From contig CAZBME010000026.1 of NCBI GenBank assembly GCA_964492965.1, positions 925-64,924 on the forward strand: 64,000 nucleotides of DNA, given 5' to 3'. This document shows, in pieces, positions 20,601-29,841 of this stretch. Numbering within the stretch: position 1 is the stretch's first letter; every line of letters starts with the position of its first letter. Under the pieces are notes generated by a model. The model saw only the letters and a list, made by a program, of their open reading frames with translations. It had not been told where the DNA came from and ran no database searches. Both the position numbers and the translations under genes were made by a program. Source of the stretch: an uncultured Syntrophaceae bacterium (GTDB lineage: Bacteria > Desulfobacterota > Syntrophia > Syntrophales > UBA8958).

Positions 20601-20914
20601 TTTTTCAGAAGGGGCAAGACGGCCACCCGCAGAATCATCCGTTCAACGGTTAAAAAGTCCGTTGTCCCATCTCGCTCCCTGACGGCCACACCCGTGAAGG
20701 TGAATGACGGTCCCGTACGAAGAGAAAAGACAGCCCGATCATACCGCACATCGCGCCCGAAGGCGGATTTTGCGGCCTCGACGATATCGTCCCGCCTGGT
20801 CTCTAAGGTTTTAAGGTGATCGTAAAGGAAAAACAGACCCGCCGCCGAAACGATCAGCAAAACGATGCAAACAATAGCGATAGTAACGATGAGGGGCCTT
20901 TTCATCATGGACAT
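17696..20914 (-). CDS. AsmA/YhdP-like large envelope protein (N-terminal anchor, long beta-rich body)
   Basis: 1072 aa with a single N-terminal TM (IVTIAIVCIVLLIVSAAGLFFL). Long repetitive beta-strand-like sequence and an AsmA-like C-terminal region. Confidence 0.7.
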   Translation of the reverse strand: MSMMKRPLIVTIAIVCIVLLIVSAAGLFFLYDHLKTLETRRDDIVEAAKSAFGRDVRYDRAVFSLRTGPSFTFTGVAVRERDGTTDFLTVERMILRVAVLPLLKKELVIQNLKMYRPRMAISRDTSGRWSVEDLMASKADNSIRIRRVTIQEGTVNLRDQYVSAIGTSLILKDLNAAFRGFSWGQETSVDLKTAVIHGAKEGKIEAKGTLSMPGKGKSWIETAVDMRLRANHMDLTAFVPYCEHYAAFTTLKGALDGDMAIKGRWMAFDASGTVAMKDVKLNYPRAFSSALTPQLVQIDYEMKRVDGSLSLRKLDLAVDAFQARGALTISGLGQGDPALSVQVRTNAFSFEKYHAYIPDRLLPASVAAYIRDHIRGGVFRLAEGNLSGRLSQIGNMNQIKNAHVLQARLGVEGGILTYGPTAPVFTDIKGELVFQGPDFSLKGMSGRFGDSPLTLEGAIRNYCLDGPSTYPFSMTMTATAKEAAWLLGAEAMKTVTIQGTSTLKLIGDGLLDRYQLKGDWDLTPVAYADGRLIKPAGRMNRLQATAEYGSGQWMVPKLQYDLPPLSLSGKVLYRFRNRDHVSIALESNVFDLKALMPMVPAIRPYEAEGAVRLQMNGESRPGDWKSLLWKGEMSLMGVSVIPAEKVRKVQNIAGILKIDDRDVSTAGLSATVGRTMFNVKGWVKNMDHPTVNVTFASALLDMADFGWANPKGPVRLLDLKGLIVMNAAEIQISSLSARLNDSVLNAVVSWPRQVTNPVVNVQFTAPILNHQDVLLLSGLGKSPFEAGRGARSYEGTVHVGKGRLDNLDYANLHTRFSYSEPKLVIHSFNADAWNGKISGTGTVDVADKARPVYEFDFRMAGVPAGSLIRLTEMPPDMMSGTVTSRGRITASGLSREEIKKSLRGALDLQVEKGVLKKFAVLSKIFSILNVSQLLTFHLPDMAEGGMPFTKLTAAVSARDGLLTTEDALLKSEAINIVAVGQIDMVKETMDMSVGVQPLQSVDKVVSRIPVLGWILTDTDRRFITVHFEARGPWKDPIVRAVPVRELAKEVLNIFRRVFQLPMKLVTDTGDVI

Positions 20915-20992
20915 TCGATTTTCTCAACCTGACTTCAGTCCCTTAAGCCCTCGCAGCGGCATACCCTGTGACACGGAAGGTTCGGGAAACGA

Positions 20993-21571
20993 TCAAGCCA
21001 AATTTTTCTTGTAGAGGTCCATGACTTCCGAACGTTTGAGGACCGCCTCAACCCGTTCCACATGTTGGAGGATATTCTCTTTCCCTCCCTCTTCCCGATC
21101 GATCAGGGCGATGACCCGCTCTACAACCAGACCGGCCTCCCGGGCACGCTCGATGGCCGTAATCGTCGATCCCCCCGTAGTAATGACATCATCGAGGATA
21201 ACCACTGTCTCGCTTGATTGGACATCCCCCTCGACCGCGCTTTTTGTCCCATGATCCTTGACATCCTTCCGAACGATAAAAGACTTGATTGGCTTCCCCT
21301 TTTGATAGGAAATCACGGACAATGCATTGGCCAGCGGATCAGCGCCCAGAGTCAGTCCCCCACTGGCCGTCGCCTCCGAGTCGGCAAGCATGCAAAAAAG
21401 GATTTCCCCAATGAGGTTCATCCCCTCGGGATCGAGGGTCGTCGGCTTGCAATTGAAATAATAATTGCTTGTTTTACCCGACGCAAGCGTAAAGGGGGGA
21501 TTATCCCGATATTTAAAGGATTTCTTAATGATGATTTCCGCCAGTCTGAACTTCAGTCCTTCTATATCCAC
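20993..21571 (-). CDS. pyrE: Orotate phosphoribosyltransferase
   Basis: LASGKTSNYYFNCK and the PRPP-binding loop VVILDDVITTGGS. Confidence 0.9.
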   Translation of the reverse strand: MDIEGLKFRLAEIIIKKSFKYRDNPPFTLASGKTSNYYFNCKPTTLDPEGMNLIGEILFCMLADSEATASGGLTLGADPLANALSVISYQKGKPIKSFIVRKDVKDHGTKSAVEGDVQSSETVVILDDVITTGGSTITAIERAREAGLVVERVIALIDREEGGKENILQHVERVEAVLKRSEVMDLYKKNLA

Positions 21572-21609
21572 GTTCTACCTCCTCAAAAGTGTCACCTCCT
21601 CAAAAAGTT

Positions 21610-21682
21610 GTCATTCCCGCGGAGGCGGGAATCCAAGCTTCATTATCTTAAAGTATTGGATTCCCATTTTCACGGGAATGGC
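21610..21682. repeat. REP/MITE-like palindromic intergenic element
   Basis: Two hairpins: ATTCCCGC-GGAG-GCGGGAAT (21613-21632) and ATTCCC-ATTTTCAC-GGGAAT (21660-21679). A perfect 10-bp inverted repeat GGGAATCCAA / TTGGATTCCC (21627-21636 / 21656-21665) is also present. It translates to the spurious FPRRRES-type peptide seen in the tracked ORFs. Confidence 0.55.
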
Positions 21683-21699
21683 AGAAAGAAGGTGGAGAT

Positions 21700-24123
21700 T
21701 TAATTATCTTGTTTTATTAGCTGATCTACTACTCTCACGGCCTCGACGCTATCTTTCGCGTACGCCGCACCGAGGGATGCGGCGTAGGACTCTGTAACCA
21801 CGGCGCCTCCCAGAACGAATCGTGAAGAGAGCCCCGCCTTTCTCGCGGCGGCCATGACGTCCTTCATGACCACCATCGTCGTCGTCATCAAGGCGGAGAG
21901 GCCTACCACATGGGGTTTTGATTTCTTCATCACCCCAATAATCGTTTCCGTGGGCACATCTTTTCCCAAGTCGATGACCTGATAGCCGTGGTTTTTCAGC
22001 ATCAGCACAACAATGTTCTTGCCGATATCATGGATATCCCCCTGAACGGTCGCCAGAAGGACGGTCCCCTTCTGCGGCTTTTTCTCTTTCGATTTCTTGA
22101 GATGAGGTTCCAGATGGGCCAGGCCCTTCTTCATGGTCTCGGCGCTGGCAATCAACTGGGGGAGGAAATACTCCCGCCGGTCGTAACGTTCACCGACCTT
22201 CAGGATGGCCGGAATCATGATCCGGTCGATAATCCGGGAGGGATCCTTTTTCTTCTGCAGCAAAACATCGATCAGAGGGATGATTTCTTCACGATTCCCC
22301 TCCAGGACGGCATCGTGGACCTTCTCATCAGGGCTGCGTTTTGAATCGGTCCGCTCATGATCCGGTTTTGAAACGCTGGAAAACGATGCGATATAGATGG
22401 CGGCCCCTTTGTCCTTTTCCAGCAGGACATCGGCCGCCTTCTTCACACTCATGAGTTCCGGCGTCGCCGGGTTGGCAATGGCCATCGTCAACCCGGCGCC
22501 TTGCGCCATGGCCAGGAAAGTGGCGTTGATCCATCTGCGTTCCGGCATGCCGAAGGATACGTTGGAAACGCCGAGCACCGTCCGGCATTTAAAAGTCTCC
22601 GCACACCAGGAAACGGTTTTCAACGTCTCCGCTGCCGCCGCCGGATTGGAGGCCACCGTCATCACCAAGCCATCCACTACGATATCATCCTTCGTATAGC
22701 CATACCCTTTCGCCGCCTCAAAAACCTTCAGAATGACCTTTTTCCGACCTTCGGCCGTCTCGGGGATTTCACCGTCAACCAGAGGCAGAAGGATGAACAT
22801 CGCCCCATATTTGGCCGCCAGGGGCAGGAGCTTTTTCAGCTTTTCCTTTTCACCGGAGATGGAGTTAATGAGCGCACGGCCGGGATAGATGCGCAAGGCC
22901 GCTTCAAGGGTGTCAATCTTGGGAGAATCCAGCGTCAGGGGAAGTGTTGTCGTCCCCACGAGAACACGAATCACATCGCGTATGGCCTGTGTTTCGTCGA
23001 TACCGGGAACGCCGACATTAACATCCAGGAGGTCCGCCCCCTGTTCCTGCTGTTCTTTAGCCATTTGCCGGACAATCGACATCTTCCCTTCCAGCAGTTC
23101 CTGCTGAAAGGCTTTCTTTCCGGTCGGATTGATTCGCTCGCCAATGATGATCAGGGGATCGTGATCGTCGAAAATGCGGAAGCCCCGGCCGGAGCTGACC
23201 GCGCTTAAAGACTTTCTCCACGGCGGCACCGGCTTTAATCCCTTGATCTGCCCGGCAATGGCGCTGATGTGGGCCGGCGTCGTTCCGCAGCAGCCGCCCA
23301 GAAGACCCAATCCGATTTCAGCAAAGGGCTTCCCGAAGGCGCCGAACAGCTCGGCATCCATATCGAAAACGGTCTTTTTGCCTTTGAGCTTGGGAAGCCC
23401 TGCATTGGGTTTGGCCACAAGAGGAACCGTGGCGTAGGGTTTCATGGCGGCAATCCAGTCCATCATCCCGTCGGGACCTGCCGAACAGTTGCAGCCGACG
23501 GCATCGGCGCCGAGACTCTGGAGGGTAATCAGGGCCGTGACGGGATCCGTGCCGTTGAGGGTCCGCCCCTCCTTTTCATAGGTCATGGTCACGATTGTGA
23601 AATAATCGCCGAGCTCCTTAACGGCCAGCAGCGCCGCCCTCGCCTCCTGGATATCCATCATGGTTTCGATAACGAAACAATCGACCCCCCCTTCGATAAG
23701 CCCCTCAGCCTGTTCGCGGAAGGCCGCCACAGCCTCCTCGAAAGGCAAATCCCCGAAAGGCTCGACAAATCGGCCGGTAGGGCCCATATCCCCGGCAACG
23801 AAAACATCCTTGCCGACGGCCTGCCGGGCAAGCCGGGCCAGAGTTTCGTTTATTTCCTTGACATTCCCGACACCGAACTCGGCCAACTTCAAACGATTGG
23901 CGCCGAAGGTGCAGGTGTAAACCATGTCGGACCCCGCTTCCTTATAGGCCCTATGAACGTCCCGGATAACCTGGGGATGGTCCATGCACCATACCTCCGG
24001 GCAGACACCCGCCGGCATCCCCCGCATCTGAAGTTCCGTCCCCGAAGCACCGTCGAGGATAAGGATTTGATTCTTCAATAGCTTGATGATTTTATTTTTA
24101 CGATTCAATGATAGTCTCCTCAT
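21700..24123 (-). CDS. metH: Cobalamin-dependent methionine synthase, short form (Hcy-binding, pterin-binding, B12-binding; no activation domain)
   Basis: ILDGASGTEL and GGCCGTTP (Zn/Hcy domain). IIGERINPTG (pterin-binding). DIHDIGKNIV (DxHxxG) and SALMTTT (B12 domain). The protein ends after the B12 domain. Confidence 0.9.
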   Translation of the reverse strand: MRRLSLNRKNKIIKLLKNQILILDGASGTELQMRGMPAGVCPEVWCMDHPQVIRDVHRAYKEAGSDMVYTCTFGANRLKLAEFGVGNVKEINETLARLARQAVGKDVFVAGDMGPTGRFVEPFGDLPFEEAVAAFREQAEGLIEGGVDCFVIETMMDIQEARAALLAVKELGDYFTIVTMTYEKEGRTLNGTDPVTALITLQSLGADAVGCNCSAGPDGMMDWIAAMKPYATVPLVAKPNAGLPKLKGKKTVFDMDAELFGAFGKPFAEIGLGLLGGCCGTTPAHISAIAGQIKGLKPVPPWRKSLSAVSSGRGFRIFDDHDPLIIIGERINPTGKKAFQQELLEGKMSIVRQMAKEQQEQGADLLDVNVGVPGIDETQAIRDVIRVLVGTTTLPLTLDSPKIDTLEAALRIYPGRALINSISGEKEKLKKLLPLAAKYGAMFILLPLVDGEIPETAEGRKKVILKVFEAAKGYGYTKDDIVVDGLVMTVASNPAAAAETLKTVSWCAETFKCRTVLGVSNVSFGMPERRWINATFLAMAQGAGLTMAIANPATPELMSVKKAADVLLEKDKGAAIYIASFSSVSKPDHERTDSKRSPDEKVHDAVLEGNREEIIPLIDVLLQKKKDPSRIIDRIMIPAILKVGERYDRREYFLPQLIASAETMKKGLAHLEPHLKKSKEKKPQKGTVLLATVQGDIHDIGKNIVVLMLKNHGYQVIDLGKDVPTETIIGVMKKSKPHVVGLSALMTTTMVVMKDVMAAARKAGLSSRFVLGGAVVTESYAASLGAAYAKDSVEAVRVVDQLIKQDN

Positions 24124-24743
24124 GCAACGATTCCCGTCATCGCCGTAACGGATTTTTCCGGAACCAGGATATAATTGTCCGTTATGGAAACCCCGAGGCG
24201 GTCCATAACGAGCAGTTGATGGATAACCCTCTGGTTCTCCAGGGCAAGGTCACCATATCCTGCAGAATAACGTGTATTCATAAGTGCCTTGCCTTCCCGG
24301 CGCAGCCCCTGGCTGAGATAAGACATAATCCAGTCAAGAGCGAAATCAACGATCTCACTGGCCGCCGCATCCATTACGACGGCTCTGGTGACGTGATCCC
24401 CCGATGTATCCGTCCGGATGGCCTCCATGATTCCTTCACCCCCCGTGGCCGCCATGAGGATGATTTCCTCGGAATCCCGCAGGAAGGTTGCCAGATTCCT
24501 GCTAATAAATACGATCTCTCCCGGCAGAATGATCCGGTCGGTTGATTCGATCCGGACCGGTAGGCGTAGAGCAGCCCCTTGCAGGCGGATGAGATCCAGG
24601 GCATTTTGGATATAACGCTCCGTTTCTTCATGCTGCTGCGCCGTCATGCGGGTGGATGACCTGCGAAATCCAAGGCGACGGTAGATCGCCTCCCGCGGCC
24701 ACTGGGCCAGGGTTATGTTATCGAAATAGCGGACTGCATGCAT
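24120..24743 (-). CDS. Stand-alone methionine synthase activation (AdoMet-binding) domain-like protein
   Basis: About 200 aa with RYSAGYGDL ... ILVPEKSVTAMTGI, resembling the separately encoded MetH reactivation domain. ATGA overlap with metH. Confidence 0.65.
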   Translation of the reverse strand: MHAVRYFDNITLAQWPREAIYRRLGFRRSSTRMTAQQHEETERYIQNALDLIRLQGAALRLPVRIESTDRIILPGEIVFISRNLATFLRDSEEIILMAATGGEGIMEAIRTDTSGDHVTRAVVMDAAASEIVDFALDWIMSYLSQGLRREGKALMNTRYSAGYGDLALENQRVIHQLLVMDRLGVSITDNYILVPEKSVTAMTGIVA

Positions 24744-24745
24744 GT

Positions 24746-25834
24746 CTAGAGAATCATTTTGACCTTGTTGACCACCGCATCTCCCATTTCATCCGTTCCC
24801 ACCAGATTGAAACCGTCCCGCCAGATATCGCGGGTCCGGAAGCCGTCATGGAGAACTTGCCGCACCGCCTCTTCAATCGCAACAGCTTCGTTAGGCATAC
24901 CAAGAGAATACCGGTACATCATGGCCACGGAAAGGATCGTAGCCAGGGGATTGGCGACATTCTGCCCGGCAATGTCCGGCGCCGAGCCATGGATGGGTTC
25001 GTACATGGCATATTTCTCACCCAGGCTGGCCGAGGGCAGCATGCCGATAGAACCCGTCAGCATAGCCCCTTCGTCGCTCAGGATGTCCCCGAACAGGTTG
25101 GTGGTCACAATCACATCGAACTGGGAGGGATTCCAGAGGAGCTGCATGGCGCAGTTGTCTACGTACATGTGTTTCAGCTCCACCTCCGGGTAGGACCGGC
25201 CGATCTCGGTGACGATGTCGCGCCACAGCTGCGTTGCCTCCAGGACGTTGGCCTTGTCCACAGAAGTCAACATTTTTCGGCGTTTCATGGCCGTCTCAAA
25301 TCCCACGCGGGCAATGCGCACGATCTCATCTTCCGAATAAACGAGGGTATTGATCCCGATCCGTTTGCCGTTTTCAACCCTTACTCCCCGGGGTTTGCCG
25401 AAATAGACGTCCCCTGTCAACTCCCGGATGATCATGATGTCGATTCCCTGAATGATCTCCCGCTTCAGAGGCGAGGCGTCGATCAGTTCCGGAAAGACGG
25501 TCACCGGCCGCAAGTTCGCATAAAGGCCAAGCTTTTCCCGCAGGCCAAGAAGGGCCCGTTCCGGGCGGAGACTATAATCCAGAGACTCCCATTTCGGACC
25601 ACCGACAGCTCCCAAAAGCACCGCATGGCTCTTTAACGCCATCTCCATGCTTTCCTCCGGAAGCGGCGTCCCCTTTGCATCATAGGCCGCCCCGCCGATC
25701 AGACCTTCCCGCATATTCAATGACGCATCAGAACGCGCCATGACCGCGTATAGAACTTTGATGGCCTCTCTTACAATCTCTGTCCCAATCCCGTCTCCGG
25801 GAAACACCGCTATATCAAACATATTTTTACTCAT
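24746..25834 (-). CDS. leuB: 3-isopropylmalate dehydrogenase
   Basis: [14 protein letters not shown]-terminus, [10 protein letters not shown] motif and the length typical of the family. Confidence 0.92.
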   Translation of the reverse strand: MSKNMFDIAVFPGDGIGTEIVREAIKVLYAVMARSDASLNMREGLIGGAAYDAKGTPLPEESMEMALKSHAVLLGAVGGPKWESLDYSLRPERALLGLREKLGLYANLRPVTVFPELIDASPLKREIIQGIDIMIIRELTGDVYFGKPRGVRVENGKRIGINTLVYSEDEIVRIARVGFETAMKRRKMLTSVDKANVLEATQLWRDIVTEIGRSYPEVELKHMYVDNCAMQLLWNPSQFDVIVTTNLFGDILSDEGAMLTGSIGMLPSASLGEKYAMYEPIHGSAPDIAGQNVANPLATILSVAMMYRYSLGMPNEAVAIEEAVRQVLHDGFRTRDIWRDGFNLVGTDEMGDAVVNKVKMIL

Positions 25835-25968
25835 ATTCCTCTCTCGAATGATCTTTTCCCCGGATGACTTCCCCCTTCTTCAGGAGGTCGTGGGAAATGT
25901 CGCGAAGCAGGTCTATCATAAATGACCCATCCTGCATCATGAAGATGGGTTATCAGAATCGATCCCGC

Positions 25969-26457
25969 CTATTTTTTCGCCAGATACGCCATCAATCCCC
26001 CGGCATTGATCAATTCCTGCATAAAAGGCGGAATGGGCTGGATTTGCAATGCATCGCCCGCGGCGCCTTTAATCCGGATCCACCCATCGTCGCCGTCTAC
26101 CTCAATTTCATCACCTGCCGCAATGCGATCATAAAGCTCCTCGGATTCAAAGATGGGCAAGCCCATATTGAAGGCATTCCGGTAAAAGATACGGGCGAAG
26201 CTCTTCGCAACAACACATGATACGCCTGCCGTCTTGATGGCGATGGGGGCATGCTCCCGGGAAGACCCGCAGCCGAAATTTTCCCCGCCGACAATAATAT
26301 CACCGGGCCGTACCGTACCGGCAAACCCTGGATCGGCGTCTTCCATAACATGAGAAGCCAGAAATGCCGCGTCACTGCTGTTGAGATACCGGGCCGGAAT
26401 GATCTGATCCGTATCAATATTATCACCAAATTTCCATATTTTACCTGAATACTTCAT
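25969..26457 (-). CDS. leuD: 3-isopropylmalate dehydratase small subunit
   Basis: [17 protein letters not shown] and [14 protein letters not shown] motifs. Confidence 0.9.
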   Translation of the reverse strand: MKYSGKIWKFGDNIDTDQIIPARYLNSSDAAFLASHVMEDADPGFAGTVRPGDIIVGGENFGCGSSREHAPIAIKTAGVSCVVAKSFARIFYRNAFNMGLPIFESEELYDRIAAGDEIEVDGDDGWIRIKGAAGDALQIQPIPPFMQELINAGGLMAYLAKK

Positions 26458-26779
26458 CTTTACCTACCCCCGAATATTTGGACAATCGTTCATGAATGGC
26501 CGGATTGACCGCAACGCCACTCCTTAATGACTCCGATTCCCCTGTTTCCTTACACCATTACGTCTCCATATTCAACGCCGAATTCGGTGTGGACAATATT
26601 CCCAACCCTCTTGCCGCGAAACAGACACCCGTATGATTTTATGGATTAAAACGGCTTCGGCCAACAAAGATATGAAACATATAGAAAACAGAACCTGAAC
26701 CTGATATATATAAAGCAGTATGCCCGGGGGGGAAGCCATCATAAGCCCACTTGACAACATTCGTTAATCGGGAGGAAAC

Positions 26780-27610
26780 ATGTCTTATTCAACTATCCTT
26801 GTCAATATCGATGGCGGCATCGCTACGGTTACCCTGAACCGCCCTGAAGCCATGAACGCCTGGACCGGGCAGATGGCCATCGATCTTACAGATGCCCTGA
26901 CGGTCCTTGATCTGGACGACACCGTTCGCGCTATTGTGATTACCGGAACGGGCCGCGCCTTCTGCGCCGGATCCGACCTAAGCGGCAGCACAAACGCCTT
27001 TGCCAAAAATGTTACGGAAGAAAAGGACGTCATGAAAGCCCTTGGCTTTTGCCACGTGATGCCCTGGCAGATCAACAAACCCGTTCTGGCCGCCATTAAC
27101 GGGCATGCTGTCGGCGTCGGCGTCACCTATGCCATGTCCTGCGATATACGGATTGTGGCAGAGGAGGCCAAACTGCAATTCGCCTTTGTCCGCCGCGGAA
27201 TCATCCCGGAACTCGCTTCCCATGTCATCGTGCCGCGCGTAGTGGGGCTGTCCAAGGCAGCCGATGTGATGCTGACCGGCAGAATTATGAAGGGCCGGGA
27301 GTTTGCAGAACTGGGGTTGGCTTCCAAGGTTCTCCCGGCAGCCGAAGTGCTGCCGGCAACCATTGAACTGGCCAGGGAATTCCTGAAGGCAGCGCCTGTG
27401 TCGGTAGCCATATCCAAACGGCTGCTGTGGGAAGGGTTTACATCCGGCGCACCGGATATGTATAAACGGGAAATCCCCATCTTCGCAAACATTTGCCAAC
27501 AACCCGATGCCACCGAAGGTGTTTCCTCATTCCTTGAGAAACGGGACCCGGAGTGGAAGATGTCTGTGAGCCGTGACATGCCCGATCTAATGAACAAAAG
27601 CCGCCAATAA
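26780..27610 (+). CDS. Enoyl-CoA hydratase/isomerase (crotonase) family protein
   Basis: GGGAGG RBS. VTLNRPEAMNAW ... VITGTGRAFCAGSDL ... KPVLAAINGHAVGVG crotonase fold motifs. Confidence 0.85.
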   Translation: MSYSTILVNIDGGIATVTLNRPEAMNAWTGQMAIDLTDALTVLDLDDTVRAIVITGTGRAFCAGSDLSGSTNAFAKNVTEEKDVMKALGFCHVMPWQINKPVLAAINGHAVGVGVTYAMSCDIRIVAEEAKLQFAFVRRGIIPELASHVIVPRVVGLSKAADVMLTGRIMKGREFAELGLASKVLPAAEVLPATIELAREFLKAAPVSVAISKRLLWEGFTSGAPDMYKREIPIFANICQQPDATEGVSSFLEKRDPEWKMSVSRDMPDLMNKSRQ

Positions 27611-27624
27611 AGGATGTCTCAGCC

Positions 27625-29121
27625 GTGAAACATATCGCAAAAACCTTTCAGACCGTTAAAGAGCTGAAGAACTTTCTTCAGGAGAATAAAGAAAAGATTG
27701 AATCCGCCCACAGCATTCTCGCCCAGGTGTTTGTGTCGAAAGTCGAAACGGCCTGGATTCGCCATCTATGCAAAACGATCAAAGGTTTCTCGGAGAAGAT
27801 CATCATCATCGGCGCCACCACGGCAGGGGAGATCTGCGATGGCCGTAACCACATCAATTCCAATGTAGTATCCTTGTCATTTTTTGAAGCCACCCGAATC
27901 ACGCCTATCGCCATACCGATCCAGCCGGGAGACGAGCAGGCTTCGGCTAAAACGTTTGTCGGAAAACTGCAAAGCTTGTCGCCAGAGATTAAAGGCGTTC
28001 TTCTTTTTTTAACCCCGGTAAGCGTTAACTGCAATATCCTGCTGAAAACAATCTATGACCTTTCTCCCCACTTGCCGCTCATTGGCGGCGGGGCAGGCGA
28101 TTATGGCCGGATCGTACGCTCATTTGTCTTCTCCGACCATGAAATCTTCGAATATGGTCTCGTCGCCGTCGCCCTGACCGGAGATACCCTCCATGTGTCC
28201 CGCCATGCCTTCCTCGGGTGGCGCCCTATCGGTAAGGTCATGAAGGTCACGAAGGCGCATGGCCTCGTCGTGAAGGAAATTGACAATAACCCGGCATTCA
28301 ACGTCATTCAGAAATATCTGGGCATCGAGACGGACGAAAACCTGCTGTTCAATCTGCTGGAATTCCCGTTTCTCGTGAAGCGGGGAGACCATCTCCTGGC
28401 CCGCACCCCTGTTGCAGCCACCAAGGACGGCAGCGTCATCTTCAGCACAGATATCAATGAGGGAGAGACGCTTCAGTTCGGTTACGGCGATATCGACCTG
28501 ATTTTTGATCAATCCCGCATCATCCATCATGAGATTGAACAGTTTGCGCCAGAGGCCATTTTTCTCTATTCATGCATTACCCGGAGATTCATCCTCCAGG
28601 AGGACGTGGATCTGGAGCTGCAACCCTACGAAGCCATCGCGCCATCGGCGGGATTTTTCACCCAGGGCGAGTTTTGTGACCTGGGAGACATGAGCCCGCA
28701 CCTCAATACAACCATTGTTGTGGCGGCCTTGCGTGAAGGAGATAGAAAGCCTCGTTCGGAACCCGACCACAAGCAAGGAACAACCATTGAACAGCGAGAT
28801 CCCTTTCATCGCCGTCATACCCGCATTATGAGCCGATTCCACTATCTTCTCGAAGCGGTGACGGACGAACTGTCCCAGGCGAATACGGAGCTGAAAAAAA
28901 AGCTCGAAGAGATCAAGATTCTCAGGGGGATCCTCCCTATTTGCGCCTCCTGCAAAAGAATCCGCGATGACGGCGGATATTGGAATCAACTGGAATCCTA
29001 CATCCGGGCCCATTCCGATGCCGAATTCTCCCACAGCATCTGCCCGGATTGCGCGCGGAAATTATACCCGGAACTAAGCCCGGAAATCATTGACCAGCTG
29101 GGAAAATCAGAGAATAAATGA
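27625..29121 (+). CDS. FIST-domain sensor protein with coiled coil and a C-terminal 4-Cys module
   Basis: FIST_N/FIST_C-like body (GFFTQGEF near the end of FIST_C). A coiled-coil stretch (ELSQANTELKKKLEEIK) follows. The tail is CASCKRIRDDGGYWNQLESYIRAHSDAEFSHSICPDC. GTG start after AAAGGA. Confidence 0.7.
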   Translation: MKHIAKTFQTVKELKNFLQENKEKIESAHSILAQVFVSKVETAWIRHLCKTIKGFSEKIIIIGATTAGEICDGRNHINSNVVSLSFFEATRITPIAIPIQPGDEQASAKTFVGKLQSLSPEIKGVLLFLTPVSVNCNILLKTIYDLSPHLPLIGGGAGDYGRIVRSFVFSDHEIFEYGLVAVALTGDTLHVSRHAFLGWRPIGKVMKVTKAHGLVVKEIDNNPAFNVIQKYLGIETDENLLFNLLEFPFLVKRGDHLLARTPVAATKDGSVIFSTDINEGETLQFGYGDIDLIFDQSRIIHHEIEQFAPEAIFLYSCITRRFILQEDVDLELQPYEAIAPSAGFFTQGEFCDLGDMSPHLNTTIVVAALREGDRKPRSEPDHKQGTTIEQRDPFHRRHTRIMSRFHYLLEAVTDELSQANTELKKKLEEIKILRGILPICASCKRIRDDGGYWNQLESYIRAHSDAEFSHSICPDCARKLYPELSPEIIDQLGKSENK

Positions 29122-29133
29122 CTGTGAGGAAGA

Positions 29134-29769
29134 TTGCAGATGAACTTCGGCTTTCTGATCTTTCCTGAACTTGAAGAACTTGATCTTGTTGGGCCATGGG
29201 AAATGGTTACCGTCTGGAGTAAGTACGCCCAGGGGCCCGAAACCTGCCTGATGGTGGCCGAGGCCCCCGGCCCTGTGATTTGCGCCAAGGGCATGTCCCT
29301 CAATCCTCATACCACTTTCGACGAATGCCCTCCCCTGGATTACCTGCTGGTGCCGGGCGGACAGGGAACGCGCCGGGAAGTGAACAACGACAGGCTCATC
29401 CGGTTTATCACCCAGCAGGCCAGGGGATGCCGGGCCGTTCTCTCGGTTTGCACCGGCTCTTTTCTCCTGCATCGCGCGGGCCTCCTCACCGGCAAATGTG
29501 CCACAACCCACTGGGGCTCCCTGGGTCGGCTGCGCGATCTAGGCAATGTGGACGTCGTGGAAGAACGAATCGTTCGGGACGGAAACATCTGGACGTCCGC
29601 GGGAATATCGGCCGGCATTGATCTGGCTTTGGCCTTCATCGAAAGCGTCGCCGGTGAAGAGGCAACTGGCAGAATCCAGTTCATCTCCGAGTATTACCCG
29701 TCAGGGAAGACTTACGGCCTCTTCCACAAGGACGCCCAGGCGCCGGCGTATATGAAGCGGAGCCCTTGA
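29134..29769 (+). CDS. DJ-1/PfpI family protein
   Basis: Nucleophile elbow SVCTGSFLL, LLVPGG, and the typical length. Confidence 0.8.
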   Translation: MQMNFGFLIFPELEELDLVGPWEMVTVWSKYAQGPETCLMVAEAPGPVICAKGMSLNPHTTFDECPPLDYLLVPGGQGTRREVNNDRLIRFITQQARGCRAVLSVCTGSFLLHRAGLLTGKCATTHWGSLGRLRDLGNVDVVEERIVRDGNIWTSAGISAGIDLALAFIESVAGEEATGRIQFISEYYPSGKTYGLFHKDAQAPAYMKRSP

Positions 29770-29841
29770 TTCCTTTTGGGGAGAGGTTTTGTTGAAGCAG
29801 GACGGATATCTTTTGCCAAAACGAGGGAAGAGGGTTTTGAT

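Noticed and set aside
22501-24081. Plus-strand ORFs of 235 and 270 aa within metH
   Set aside because: They are antisense shadows of a gene with complete MetH domain signatures, and their translations are Arg/Gly/Pro-rich.
24656-25636. 326-aa plus-strand ORF
   Set aside because: It is antisense to leuB and the MetH activation-domain gene. The leuB frame is unambiguous.
25835-25968. 7-bp hairpin (ACCCATC/GATGGGT) and a ~30-codon minus-strand mini-ORF between leuD and leuB
   Set aside because: The hairpin has no U-tract. The mini-ORF lacks an RBS and overlaps the leuB start. The evidence is too weak to call.
26572-26760. 62-aa minus-strand ORF upstream of leuD, considered as a leuC remnant or leader peptide
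   Set aside because: It has no similarity to aconitase-family large subunits and no RBS. The hydrophobic, low-complexity translation is not Leu-codon-rich as an attenuation leader would be.
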